From positions 26,148 through 90,147 of the forward strand of contig CAMTVX010000028.1 of assembly GCA_947085295.1 (NCBI GenBank): a stretch of DNA of 64,000 nt, read 5' to 3'. The notes under the pieces were generated by a model that was given only the letters and a program-made list of their open reading frames with translations, was not told the DNA's origin and searched no databases. Below are positions 1 to 9,797 of the stretch, piece after piece; position 1 is the stretch's first letter, and each line of letters starts with the position of its first letter. Origin of the DNA: an uncultured Alphaproteobacteria bacterium (GTDB lineage: Bacteria; Pseudomonadota; Alphaproteobacteria; UBA11222). The position numbers were made by a program, and so were the translations under genes.

Positions 1-1412
1 AACCCCGATTCTTCCCACGCATAATTGCTTAGCCCGTTGGCTGGGGCGCGCATATGCGTTACGCGCGGTGGATACATATCGCGCAGCAACACATTGGGCG
101 TTCGCCCCTGCTGCGCGCGCCGCCACATTTCTGCGCATACTGGATCGGCCTTCAAAAATTTCGCATCCGGGACATAATCCCCGGGGCCATCGGCGGCATG
201 CAGGGCCACATCAATACCCCCGGCATGCAGCGCCCGCGCAAATTCACGATTGACCAGGGCCAGGCTATAGCTGCTGTCAAATGGTCCTTCGATGCGGATT
301 TCCGGCGATGTTTCCTGCCTTGCCGATGGATGCCTATTCACCGCCATGCCAATGGATTCAAGAAATCCAGCCAGCGCATCGCGCAGCGTCTGGCGTTCGA
401 AGCGCAGTAAATTCTGGCGTTGGGCCAGCAAAATACGCCGGCGCAAAATGGGTTCATCCGCCAGCACCCTGAGCAGTGCCGCCGTCTGCGCATGGTCCTT
501 GCGCGACAATAATAAACCGCCCTGACCAATGGTGTCGGCAATGGTCGTGCTGTTATAGGCAATGACCGGCACATCATGCGCCATCGCCTCGATCAGCGGC
601 ATGCCAAATCCTTCATGCTCGCTCATGGATACATAGACATCTGCCGTCTGAAAAATCGCAGACAGACTTTCATCGGAAATTTTTCCGGTAAATTCGACGC
701 TATCGCCAAGATGCAGTTCGGCGCACATACGTTGCAGACGCGCAAGATATTCCTGCGACGAAACATCGCCGGCCAGTATCAGGCGCACGGGCACATCCAT
801 ACGGCGACGCAGATGCGAAAATATCGAAATTAAATCATGCTGGCATTTATTTTCTGAAATGCGCCCGACAAAAACCATATTATAGACGCCATCCAGACGC
901 GCCATTAAGGCTTTGTCAGCGGGAGCCTTGCGTACACGGTCAATATTCACGAGCAGCGGAATTGTAATTGCACCCGCATATCCGTGCTGCAACAGCTCTT
1001 CTGTGTTAAAGGGGGAATCCCCGATGGCCCCAATAAAGCGGCCACGCCATTTCGCAAGCTGTTCCCTGCCAATTTCCGAATAGCGGCGCATGGGACTGCC
1101 AACGGGAAAAAATTCGGCAGGCGTAATATTATGATAAATCAGCGCCAGACGGCTTTGCAGCGCCTCTACCCAGGCGCCATGATTATGCCCCAGTGAATGA
1201 TGCAACAGCAGAAGCTGGTCCGGCGCATCGGGATACGCTTCTATCGGCTGCAACTCCGCCGTTAATTCGGACGCAATCTGCGCGCAGTAAATTTCTGACG
1301 CAAATCCCAGTTCGCGCAAAAGTTCACGAATGAAAAGCATCGAATTGGTTACGCCATCGCCATAGGCGGAACCCACATGAAACTGATGAATGGCGCGCGG
1401 GTTCAATGACAC
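1..1412 (-). CDS. Glycosyltransferase family 4 protein with two tandem GT4 modules (WbdA-like glycan polymerase). It is 5'-complete and its 3' part runs past the left edge of the window. It is absent from the ORF track because it has no stop codon inside the window.
   Basis: Manual reverse-complement translation from ~1412 downward gives ...HQFHVGSAYGDGVTNSMLFIRELLRELGF.... This is followed by the GT4 C-terminal hallmark SEHEGFGMPLIEAMAHDVPVIAYNSTTIADTIG, and then a second GT4-like N-terminal module (...IRIEGPFDSSYSLALVNREFARAL...) that continues beyond coordinate 1. Candidate GTG/TTG starts at 1404-1418 sit directly after the TGA stop of the upstream methyltransferase. Confidence 0.7.
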   Translation of the reverse strand, partial: MSLNPRAIHQFHVGSAYGDGVTNSMLFIRELLRELGFASEIYCAQIASELTAELQPIEAYPDAPDQLLLLHHSLGHNHGAWVEALQSRLALIYHNITPAEFFPVGSPMRRYSEIGREQLAKWRGRFIGAIGDSPFNTEELLQHGYAGAITIPLLVNIDRVRKAPADKALMARLDGVYNMVFVGRISENKCQHDLISIFSHLRRRMDVPVRLILAGDVSSQEYLARLQRMCAELHLGDSVEFTGKISDESLSAIFQTADVYVSMSEHEGFGMPLIEAMAHDVPVIAYNSTTIADTIGQGGLLLSRKDHAQTAALLRVLADEPILRRRILLAQRQNLLRFERQTLRDALAGFLESIGMAVNRHPSARQETSPEIRIEGPFDSSYSLALVNREFARALHAGGIDVALHAADGPGDYVPDAKFLKADPVCAEMWRRAQQGRTPNVLLRDMYPPRVTHMRAPANGLSNYAWEESG

Positions 1413-1418
1413 GGACAA

Positions 1419-2729
1419 TCAGGCCTTTCGCGCCCAGATGGCATAATCCATCGGTCCATACAGCAGCCTGTTCAGGCGCATTGCAACGGCATCGTCACCC
1501 TGCAACTTCTGCGCCTCGTCCGCCTCGTGCAGATAAATCACTTCGGCATTCAAAAATCCGCGCTGTTCCACCATGAAACGTGAAACCGATGGCGGCAATG
1601 GGGCCCGGTGCGTGGGATCGTTCCAGAACGTACTCGCACCCACAATCAGATTTTCCGGATTGGGCGTTTCAAACAGAATGAACCCACCCGGGGTCAACAC
1701 CCGATTAGCTTCGTCAATAATGCGGATTAAATCATCCAGCGCCAGATGCTCTATAATGTGAAAACCTGTCAGGCCCGCAAGGCTTGCGTCCGGCAGGCTT
1801 TGCAAATGCGCCAGCGCCTCTGCTTCACGCACATCAAGATTGGCTGTGCGCGCATCCGCGACAAATACGCTGTTCAGATCAATGCCGTACGCCTTAATGC
1901 CGCTTTCTGCCAGCAATTCAATCCACTCGCCACGTCCGCACCCAATATCCAGAACCGGCAAATGTGTCGCTGCAACTGACATGCGATCCATATAAACTTC
2001 AAGTCGGCTTTTGATCTGTTCGCGGCTTCCACGAAATGCCGCCTCGAACGCCGCGTAATAGGAATCCAGCGCATCCGTGCGCGCTGGCATGGTGACGCCA
2101 ACAGCCGCTGCCCCGGCACCTGACTGCAATGCCGGTGCTGCCAGCGCAGCCGTAAGTCTGCGTTGCTGAAAAACCATCTCTGAACGATTTTCGGCACTGC
2201 GCCTTTTTTCTTCGTCCACTTCCTGACGAAGCGCCGTGGTATGCGCAAGATTAAGTTCCTGGGCCACTTTCAAACGCTGTTCGACAAAACTCATTTCCTG
2301 ACGCAATTCATCCAGACGCGCATTTACCTCACCCAGACGGGCATTGGCCTCACCCAGACGCGCATTAAAACGATGCTCGGCCGCGCCAAGTTCGCGAACT
2401 GTCATTTCAAGACGCCCGCGCGTTTCATGCACCAGCGCCAGACTTTTCAGCCAGCGCAATCCATAACCAAGATAAGGCACGGCCAGCAGCCGCGCACCAA
2501 TCTGTCTTTGCCGTTGCCACTGATTAAGCATTGCCATCGCAGAGCCTATAACGGGTATGCCGCGCAGACGCATCTTCAGCGCCAACAGGGCCGATGTCTT
2601 ATAACCTGATGCCAATTGGCCACCTGCTGTCAATGCGGGAACGCCATGCTGTTCGGGTTGCAGCATTTCAACAGCGATACGCCGTTCCAGTGCGCCATAA
2701 TCTATGTCGGGGTTGTTGGCCTCGATCAT
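1419..2729 (-). CDS. Class I SAM-dependent methyltransferase with an N-terminal coiled-coil region. It is a candidate glycan chain-terminating/modifying enzyme, WbdD-like in role but with the reverse domain order.
   Basis: The ORF track gives 1419..2774. The SAM-binding motif VLDIGCGRGEWIELL is present. The coiled-coil segment contains the heptad-like tandem repeat NARLGEANARLGEVNARLDELRQE. Met16 at 2727-2729 forms an ATGA overlap with the wzt stop, so the shorter start is preferred. Confidence 0.8.
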   Translation of the reverse strand: MIEANNPDIDYGALERRIAVEMLQPEQHGVPALTAGGQLASGYKTSALLALKMRLRGIPVIGSAMAMLNQWQRQRQIGARLLAVPYLGYGLRWLKSLALVHETRGRLEMTVRELGAAEHRFNARLGEANARLGEVNARLDELRQEMSFVEQRLKVAQELNLAHTTALRQEVDEEKRRSAENRSEMVFQQRRLTAALAAPALQSGAGAAAVGVTMPARTDALDSYYAAFEAAFRGSREQIKSRLEVYMDRMSVAATHLPVLDIGCGRGEWIELLAESGIKAYGIDLNSVFVADARTANLDVREAEALAHLQSLPDASLAGLTGFHIIEHLALDDLIRIIDEANRVLTPGGFILFETPNPENLIVGASTFWNDPTHRAPLPPSVSRFMVEQRGFLNAEVIYLHEADEAQKLQGDDAVAMRLNRLLYGPMDYAIWARKA

Positions 2730-3961
2730 GGCGCTGTCACGGCGATTTTGTGCAGGCTTGGTTCCAGCCTGCACAAGCCATCAAAATGTGGTCCTGAATA
2801 GCCGGCCACTTCGAATTGCAACAGATTATCGCACCAATGATAGCAATCCGTAAGGTGGTTATCCTTATCGTGCAATGCGGCCGTTAGCGTATAAAGGCCC
2901 GGCCCAAGATTCATCGCCATGCGAATTGAAAAACTGATGCGTTCGCCTGCTTCAAATGACAAAGGATAGCCAAGAAAATAGGTGTTGGTCCCGTATATAT
3001 CCTGCCCCAGACGGTCACGTATCAAAAACCCAAGCGTCACCGACTGCATCGCCCTGGTTGCCGCTAGATCAAAAACAAAATCGGCGACTTCACCAGAGGC
3101 GAATATCTGGCTGCCGGATATCTGTCCGGTGACTTTCGCCCCACGGATACTCACAACGCCGGAACCATAGCCGCGCGCGATTTCAGTATCGTTGGCAACC
3201 GGCGCTTGCGGTTGCTGGTGCTGCAGGGATGGGGCTACCTCATCCAGATCTGCAATCAACCGGTAATAATAATTCACTGCCTCTTCGGGCGTACCGGAGA
3301 AAACCGTTTTGCCTTCTTCCAGAACCATTGCCGTGTCACACAGAACCTTGACCGCATTCATATCGTGCGAAACAAATAATATCGCGCCCCCGCCAGCGCG
3401 AAATTCCTTGATGCGCTTCATGCATTTTTGCTGAAAATGCGCATCGCCAACGGAAAGCGCCTCGTCCACCACAAGACATTTCGGGTTGGCGTGGATGGCA
3501 ATAGAAAATGCCAGGCGCATCGTCATGCCGGATGAATAGGTGCGCACTGGATGGTGGATGACATCGCCCAATTCGCTGAAATCCACAATGGCCTGACGCT
3601 GTTGCGCCACCTCTGCCTGCGTCATGCCAAGCAGCGCCGCGTTGAAGGCGATATTATCGTAACCGGTCAATTCCGGATTGAACCCGGTACCCAATTCCAA
3701 CAGGCCTGTCACGCGCCCGGACAGCGTAACGCTGCCCTGATCTGGCAGGATGACCCCCATTACCAGTTTGAGCAGTGTTGATTTTCCCGCGCCATTGCGG
3801 CCAATCACCCCCAGCACCTGCCCTGCTTCAAGATTGATGCTGATATCCTGAATCGCCAGCTTTTCTTCATGCAGCTTGCGGCGGAAAATCAGTTCACGCA
3901 GCCGGTCGCTATGGCGCAGATAGATCCGGTAATACTTGCTTACATGGTCAACCCTGATCAT
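2726..3961 (-). CDS. wzt: ABC transporter ATP-binding protein, Wzt-like, with a ~170-aa C-terminal extension (putative glycan-terminus-binding domain).
   Basis: Walker A motif GRNGAGKST, LSGG-type signature and Walker B are present. An extra C-terminal beta-rich domain follows the nucleotide-binding domain. The gene sits directly after an ABC-2 permease and before a glycosyltransferase/methyltransferase. Confidence 0.8.
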   Translation of the reverse strand: MIRVDHVSKYYRIYLRHSDRLRELIFRRKLHEEKLAIQDISINLEAGQVLGVIGRNGAGKSTLLKLVMGVILPDQGSVTLSGRVTGLLELGTGFNPELTGYDNIAFNAALLGMTQAEVAQQRQAIVDFSELGDVIHHPVRTYSSGMTMRLAFSIAIHANPKCLVVDEALSVGDAHFQQKCMKRIKEFRAGGGAILFVSHDMNAVKVLCDTAMVLEEGKTVFSGTPEEAVNYYYRLIADLDEVAPSLQHQQPQAPVANDTEIARGYGSGVVSIRGAKVTGQISGSQIFASGEVADFVFDLAATRAMQSVTLGFLIRDRLGQDIYGTNTYFLGYPLSFEAGERISFSIRMAMNLGPGLYTLTAALHDKDNHLTDCYHWCDNLLQFEVAGYSGPHFDGLCRLEPSLHKIAVTAP

Positions 3962-3981
3962 GGTAACCCTGCCCCAACCGA

Positions 3982-4752
3982 TTAAATCGCATCGCGAATC
4001 TGGTGTTCGCTATGCGACAGAAGCCAGAGTATGCCACCTGCCATAAGGACGCTTCCAGCCAGCAACTGCATTATGTTTCCCATGTCCGGCATCGCGCCAT
4101 AAACAAAAATCTGATGATATTCACGCACAAACCACCATGCAGGATTGAACGCCTGAATGGCCTGCATGAAATGGGGCACGGAATCAATGGTGTAAACAAT
4201 GGGCACCATCCAGAACCATAACATGGTCACGACCCCGACCATTTCGCGAATGTCGCGCAGAAACACCATCAGAATGGCCCCGATCAGGCCAATTGAAAAA
4301 GCCATGAGCTGCTGACAGATAATCAATAGCGGCAACGCCAGCAAACCCGCAGACAGCGGAACCGACAATGCCAGACTCAAAAGGATAAACAGGCCAAGGG
4401 TGCAGATCAGGGTGATCCCTTCCACAATCGGAATATGGATCGCAATGAGGTTCAGGCTGAGCGGGACTTTGCTGAGTATGGCGCGCTTGTCAAAGAACAC
4501 GGTGGTCATGCGCGCAATAGTGCTGGCAAATGCGGTCCAGGGCAAAATTCCCGAAACCAGATAGATGCCATAGCCATATGTACCGGACTGCGTTCCCGGC
4601 AGGCGTGGGCCTATCAACCCCCCAAATATCACAACAAATATAAGGATTTGCAGCATCGGTGTCAGCAGCAGCCAGCCCCTGCCAAGTGCAACACCAGAAT
4701 AGCGGTCAGAAAAATCCTGCCTGACAAAGTGCCATAATAAAGCAAGGTTCAT
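3982..4752 (-). CDS. wzm: ABC-2 family polysaccharide export permease (Wzm-like).
   Basis: A 256-aa protein with six predicted TM helices. It is the first gene of the operon, 20 nt upstream of wzt. Confidence 0.75.
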   Translation of the reverse strand: MNLALLWHFVRQDFSDRYSGVALGRGWLLLTPMLQILIFVVIFGGLIGPRLPGTQSGTYGYGIYLVSGILPWTAFASTIARMTTVFFDKRAILSKVPLSLNLIAIHIPIVEGITLICTLGLFILLSLALSVPLSAGLLALPLLIICQQLMAFSIGLIGAILMVFLRDIREMVGVVTMLWFWMVPIVYTIDSVPHFMQAIQAFNPAWWFVREYHQIFVYGAMPDMGNIMQLLAGSVLMAGGILWLLSHSEHQIRDAI

Positions 4753-5059
4753 AGGAGAATCATCACCATTTTTGCCTTGTTACTGATATAAGGGGCGGTC
4801 TCGGGCGTTCTGACGGCACCTGACAGGCGGGAAAGCACTGTTGTTGCGCTTTCCTACAGTTCTGCAACCACCATGTCAAAGCTCTTGCTTTTTAACGCTC
4901 CCGGTCCATATAAGCAGCGACAAAAGCAGCGTCTGCCCTAATTGCGCTGCAATTTCTTGCAGATATCCCCAATGGTTGATATTTTGTTAACCTTTATTTG
5001 CGCCACTCAAGCTACGCTGCCCGAGAGGGCGAATCGGCTAAAGGATTGAAAGTATCGCC

Positions 5060-6805
5060 ATGAAAGGCAAAGAACAGTCGGAACTGGCCCAGGTTCTTGG
5101 CAAGTCCCGCTCCGCATTTATCGGCGCTGGCGTTTTCAGCTTTTTTATCAATCTGCTGATGCTGGTGTCGCCACTCTACATGTTGCAGATTTATGACCGG
5201 GTGCTGGCCAGCCGGAACGAGACCACTTTGTGGGTATTGACCCTTGTCGCGGTGTTCCTGATTGTTGTCTATGCCGCACTGGAAACCATGCGTTCGCGTG
5301 TGCTGGTGCGCATCAGCGGACAGATGGACAGCCTGTTGAACGCCCGGGTTTTTACCGCTTTGTTCAAATCCGCCGTGCGTGGGCCGGGGGGCGGATCCGG
5401 CCAGGCCATCCGGGATCTGGATTCGGTGCGCGACTTTTTGACCGGACAGGGGCTGTTTGCGTTTTTTGACGCGCCATGGATGCCGCTTTACCTGGCGGCG
5501 ATCTTCCTGATTGATCCCCTATTGGGCTGGGTGGCGACGGCGGGGGGTGTGACATTATTCGGACTTGCCGTGCTCACCGAAATTGCCACGCGCGATACAC
5601 TCAGTGAAGCAAGTGTCGCAAATATGCGCGCCGGGCATTTTGTTGAGGTCAGCCTGCGCAATGTCGAAGCGATTGAGGCGATGGGCATGGTCCCCGCCAT
5701 GCTCAAGCGCTGGCAGGGTCGGCGCGCCAAAATGCTGCAATTGCAGTCGCTGGCCAGCGACCGTGCGGGTGTCATTACGGCCTTGTCCAAATTCACACGC
5801 GTTGTATTGCAAATCGCCATTCTGGGCTTTGGCGCCTATCTGGTGATCCATGATCAAATCACGGCTGGTCTGATGATCGCCGCATCCATTATGATGGGCC
5901 GCGCTCTGGCGCCTGTGGAAATCGCGGTTGGTAGCTGGAAGCATTTTCTGACGGCCCGCAGTTCTTATGACCGCCTGAATGCCTTGCTCAAGGCCGTCCC
6001 CCCCCAACGTGACTTTATGCACCTGCCACCGCCGCTTGGCATTCTACAGGTGGAACAGGCCATTGTTGTGCCACCCGGCGCCACCGTGCCCGCGCTGAAG
6101 GGCGTGGGGTTCAATGTGGCCGCTGGCGATATTGTTGGCATTATCGGTCCCAGCGCTGCGGGAAAATCCACACTGGCGCGCTTGCTGGTTGGCGTTTGGC
6201 CAGCTTATGCCGGCAAGGTGCGCATTGATGGCGCCGACATTATGACCTGGGACCGTGAGCGCCTTGGCCCCTATATGGGCTATCTGCCGCAGGATGTTGA
6301 ATTGTTCGAGGGCACCATTGCCGAGAATATCGCCCGCTTTGGCGAGGTGGATGCGGATCAGGTAATTCTGGCAGCACAGCGCGCCGGGGTGCATGAGTTG
6401 ATACTCAAACTGCCCGCAGGATATGACACACAGATCGGGCCGGGTGGCCAAACGCTTTCCGGTGGCCAGCGCCAGCGCGTGGGTCTTGCGCGGGCATTAT
6501 ATGGCGACCCGGCGATTATCGTGCTGGATGAGCCCAACTCCAATCTGGATAATGATGGCGAAGCGGCACTGGCACGAACCGTTGCCGATCTGAAAGCGCG
6601 CAAGCGTACAACACTGGTAATTACGCACCGCCCCAGCCTGCTGGCGTCGGTTGACTATATTATGGTGATGCGCGAAGGATTAATCGAAAAATTTGGTCCG
6701 CGAGATGAGATTCTGGGTCAATATCTGCGTCCCGCTGCCGTGCCCAGCACGCCTGCCGAACCGGAACCCAACAGAGGCGGCGTAGCGGTGGTAAATCCGG
6801 CATGA
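5060..6805 (+). CDS. prtD: Type I secretion system ABC transporter (PrtD/AprD family; permease-ATPase without a C39 peptidase domain).
   Basis: The N-terminus FIGAGVFSFFINLLMLVSPLYMLQIYDRVL is typical of T1SS ABC exporters. It has a C-terminal nucleotide-binding domain with GPSAAGKST, LSGGQRQR and IVLDEPNSNLD. Confidence 0.85.
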   Translation: MKGKEQSELAQVLGKSRSAFIGAGVFSFFINLLMLVSPLYMLQIYDRVLASRNETTLWVLTLVAVFLIVVYAALETMRSRVLVRISGQMDSLLNARVFTALFKSAVRGPGGGSGQAIRDLDSVRDFLTGQGLFAFFDAPWMPLYLAAIFLIDPLLGWVATAGGVTLFGLAVLTEIATRDTLSEASVANMRAGHFVEVSLRNVEAIEAMGMVPAMLKRWQGRRAKMLQLQSLASDRAGVITALSKFTRVVLQIAILGFGAYLVIHDQITAGLMIAASIMMGRALAPVEIAVGSWKHFLTARSSYDRLNALLKAVPPQRDFMHLPPPLGILQVEQAIVVPPGATVPALKGVGFNVAAGDIVGIIGPSAAGKSTLARLLVGVWPAYAGKVRIDGADIMTWDRERLGPYMGYLPQDVELFEGTIAENIARFGEVDADQVILAAQRAGVHELILKLPAGYDTQIGPGGQTLSGGQRQRVGLARALYGDPAIIVLDEPNSNLDNDGEAALARTVADLKARKRTTLVITHRPSLLASVDYIMVMREGLIEKFGPRDEILGQYLRPAAVPSTPAEPEPNRGGVAVVNPA

Positions 6806-8232
6806 GTTTACAGAATATTGCGGTCCGTCTGGGTCTTCACCAGGAAGGACAGGATACTTTTAATTTCAAATCCGTATTCGATAACGCCGTGCAGCGTGTG
6901 CAGGAGATGTTTGCGCGTTCGGATCAGGAAGGCGCTGACACCAGCGCGCAGACAGACACACGTCGGCCGCTGGTGGTTGGCGGCATCATTATCGTGGTGA
7001 CATTTTTCGGGTTCGGCCTGTGGGCGGCGATTGCGCCCATCGACAGCGCCGCCATTGCCCCCGGCTTTCTGACGGTGCAGTCAAGCCGGCGCACCATCCA
7101 GCATCTTGAAGGCGGCATCGTACAGGAAATTTTTGCCAAAGACGGCATGACAGTAAAAGCCGGCGATGTATTGATCCGCCTGGACGACACCCGCGCCAAG
7201 GCGCAGACAGACATTCTTCTGGCCGATCTGCATTCACAGCTTGCCACCGAAGCGCGCCTGCTGGCGGAACGCGACGGCCTTGCGGCCCCCGTTTTTCCAG
7301 AGGAGCTGCTGAAAAACCAGTCCAATGCAACGATTACCGCAATTCTTGCCGGCCAGAAAAATGTATTCGACACCCGCATCAACGCGCTTTCCGGGCAGAA
7401 ATCCATTTTGCAGCAGCGCGTCGGGCAGTTTGATGAACAGATATCCGGCCTGCGCGCGCTGGTAACCGCAAAGGGTACCCAGGCACGTCTTATCAAAGAG
7501 GAATTGAAGGATTTATCCGGCCTGCTGGAGCGTGGCTACGTCACCAAAACCCGCGTTCTTGCGCTGGAGCGTGAAGAGGCGCGCCTTGAAGGCGAACGCG
7601 CCGAACATATCGCTGCCATCGCGCGTTCCGAACAGGGTATTGGCGAATCCAAACTGCAAATTTTTCAGTTGGAAAAATCCCGCCAGGAAGAAATCGCCCG
7701 TGAATTGCGCGATGTTCAGGCCAAAATAACCGAACTGCGCGAACGCATGGTCGCCGCCAGCGACATGCTGCGCCGCATCGATATTGTCGCGCCGGTTTCT
7801 GGTACGATCATGGATCTGGCCGTACATACCGCCGGCGGGGTCATCGGGCCGGGTGTGCCCTTGATGGATATTGTGCCATTGAATGATGTATTGGTGGTCG
7901 AGGTGCACATTAATCCAATCGACATCGACACCGTCCGCCCTGGCAGCGAAGTCGCCCTGCGTATCAGCACAGTTGATTCCCGCAAAACTCCTGTGATCAA
8001 TGGGGTTCTGGAGACCATTTCAGCCGACCGCACCGTAGAACAACGCACGGGTATGGCATATTACAAGGGGCGCGTCATCATACCTACTGCACAGCGCGAA
8101 CGGCTTGGCACACTGACCCTGCGCAGTGGCATGCAGGTAGAAGCACTGATCAATCGTGGTGAACAGACAGCCCTGCAATATGCGCTGAAGCCATTGACCG
8201 AAGCCTTCGCCAAATCCTTCCGCGAACATTAG
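6802..8232 (+). CDS. Type I secretion periplasmic adaptor (HlyD/PrtE family membrane fusion protein).
   Basis: One N-terminal TM helix, a long coiled-coil region and a C-terminal beta-barrel. The 4-nt overlap with the upstream ABC gene indicates translational coupling. Confidence 0.85.
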   Translation: MSLQNIAVRLGLHQEGQDTFNFKSVFDNAVQRVQEMFARSDQEGADTSAQTDTRRPLVVGGIIIVVTFFGFGLWAAIAPIDSAAIAPGFLTVQSSRRTIQHLEGGIVQEIFAKDGMTVKAGDVLIRLDDTRAKAQTDILLADLHSQLATEARLLAERDGLAAPVFPEELLKNQSNATITAILAGQKNVFDTRINALSGQKSILQQRVGQFDEQISGLRALVTAKGTQARLIKEELKDLSGLLERGYVTKTRVLALEREEARLEGERAEHIAAIARSEQGIGESKLQIFQLEKSRQEEIARELRDVQAKITELRERMVAASDMLRRIDIVAPVSGTIMDLAVHTAGGVIGPGVPLMDIVPLNDVLVVEVHINPIDIDTVRPGSEVALRISTVDSRKTPVINGVLETISADRTVEQRTGMAYYKGRVIIPTAQRERLGTLTLRSGMQVEALINRGEQTALQYALKPLTEAFAKSFREH

Positions 8233-8246
8233 GGCCGATAAAAGCC

Positions 8247-9656
8247 ATGCCGGTAATTTTTCGCTCTTCCACTTTAGCTGCGCTTGCCCTGCTGGCATGT
8301 GTTCCATCGGCGCAGGCGGCGCAATCGCTGGACGAGGCGATGGCGGCGGCGTATCGCAGCAATCCACAATTACAGGCCGAACGCGCCCGTCAGCGCGCCA
8401 CAGACGAAGGCGTTGCCCGCGCGCTTGGCGGCTTTCGCCCAACCATCGTCGTCACCGGCGAAGCAGGCCGCGCGGTGGACGAATTTCGCACACGCAACAC
8501 ATTCTCTGGCGCAACGAATGTCACAGATGTTAATCGCGGGCCGCGCACCTATCAGGCGCAGATGCGTCAGCCGATCTATGACGGGGGTCAGGCAATAAAT
8601 GATTACCGGCGTTCAGAAGCCATTGTCGAGCAGGGCCGCGCGCGTCTCATTTCGGCCGAACAGGCTGTGCTTGCCGAAGCTGCGCGCGCCTATGTCGATG
8701 TCGCGCGTGATTTCCGTGTGGTTCAGCTTACCCGCGATAATATCGAATATTTAACCGAGGTAGAAAAAGCCATTCGCGCCCGCTTTGCCGTCAAGGACGT
8801 CACCAATACCGATGTGGCGCAGGCTGATGCGCGGCTGGCGCGCGGCCTTGCCGATAATCAGGCGGCCGAAGGCGCATTGGCCCGGTCGCGTTCCGCCTAT
8901 GCGCGGGTGGTCGGCGAAGAAACCGATGGCGCGCTGGATATGCCGCCCCCGCCCGATAAATTGCCCGATACGCTGGACGCAGCGCTGGGTGATGTGGAAA
9001 ACAACCCTGAACTGCGCTCAGCGCGCTTTGTAGAAGTTGCCGCCCGTGCCCAGATCGGCGTCGTACGCAGCGGCCTGCTACCGGATTTATCGCTGCGCGG
9101 GGCCGTGCGCCGGCAGGACGAGGCCGACCAGAAACATTTCGAACGCGACACCGCCGAAGTGCTGGTGCAATTATCCGTACCGATTTACGAGGGTGGCATA
9201 TCAGCCGCGCAAACCCGCGAAGCCAAGCATATCGCCAGCCAGCGGCAGCTTGAGCTGGAACAGGCCACCCGCGCCGCCACCGACGCAGTACGCGCCGCCT
9301 GGGAGGGGCTGATCAGTTCACGCGCCCGCATTACCTCGATCCGCGAAAATGTTACGGCGGCAGAACTTGCCCTGGTCAGCGTCACCGAAGAAGCCAAGGT
9401 CGGCGCGCGCACCGTGCTGGACCGGTTGAACGCCCAGCAGGAACTGCTCGACGCCAGCGTCGCACTGCTGCGCGCCCAGCGTGATGAATTTATCGCCAGC
9501 AATGATCTGCTGACCGCCATCGGCAAAATGACCGCCATCAACCTTGAACTGCCCGTGGAACATTACGATCCCGTGGCAAATTACGCCGATACCCGTGGCC
9601 GCTTCTTCGGCACCGGCATTTCCCCCATCGAAAATCCTGCGCCCGAAGTGAAATAG
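8247..9656 (+). CDS. tolC: TolC family outer-membrane channel for type I secretion.
   Basis: Signal peptide MPVIFRSSTLAALALLACVPSAQA. Two internal repeats of the TolC fold. It lies immediately after the adaptor gene. Confidence 0.85.
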   Translation: MPVIFRSSTLAALALLACVPSAQAAQSLDEAMAAAYRSNPQLQAERARQRATDEGVARALGGFRPTIVVTGEAGRAVDEFRTRNTFSGATNVTDVNRGPRTYQAQMRQPIYDGGQAINDYRRSEAIVEQGRARLISAEQAVLAEAARAYVDVARDFRVVQLTRDNIEYLTEVEKAIRARFAVKDVTNTDVAQADARLARGLADNQAAEGALARSRSAYARVVGEETDGALDMPPPPDKLPDTLDAALGDVENNPELRSARFVEVAARAQIGVVRSGLLPDLSLRGAVRRQDEADQKHFERDTAEVLVQLSVPIYEGGISAAQTREAKHIASQRQLELEQATRAATDAVRAAWEGLISSRARITSIRENVTAAELALVSVTEEAKVGARTVLDRLNAQQELLDASVALLRAQRDEFIASNDLLTAIGKMTAINLELPVEHYDPVANYADTRGRFFGTGISPIENPAPEVK

Positions 9657-9797
9657 CTTATTGGCGGCATCGGCAGCCCGCCTGTGCGTAAACGATTTCA
9701 CACTTGACACCCCCCGGCAACCATCCGGTAGACTTACCCGATGGGGGCGAGGTGGGGGCAAACGCGGATGGGATTCGAAGATGCGGCCCGTTTTATG

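Noticed and set aside
54-1196. Several short plus-strand ORFs at the left edge (54..410, 576..833, 984..1196).
   Set aside because: They lie antisense to, or out of frame within, the GT4 glycosyltransferase reading frame, which runs off the window edge and so is absent from the ORF track.
8020-8442. 140-aa minus-strand ORF spanning the prtE/tolC junction.
   Set aside because: It is antisense to two well-supported T1SS genes and has no recognisable motif.
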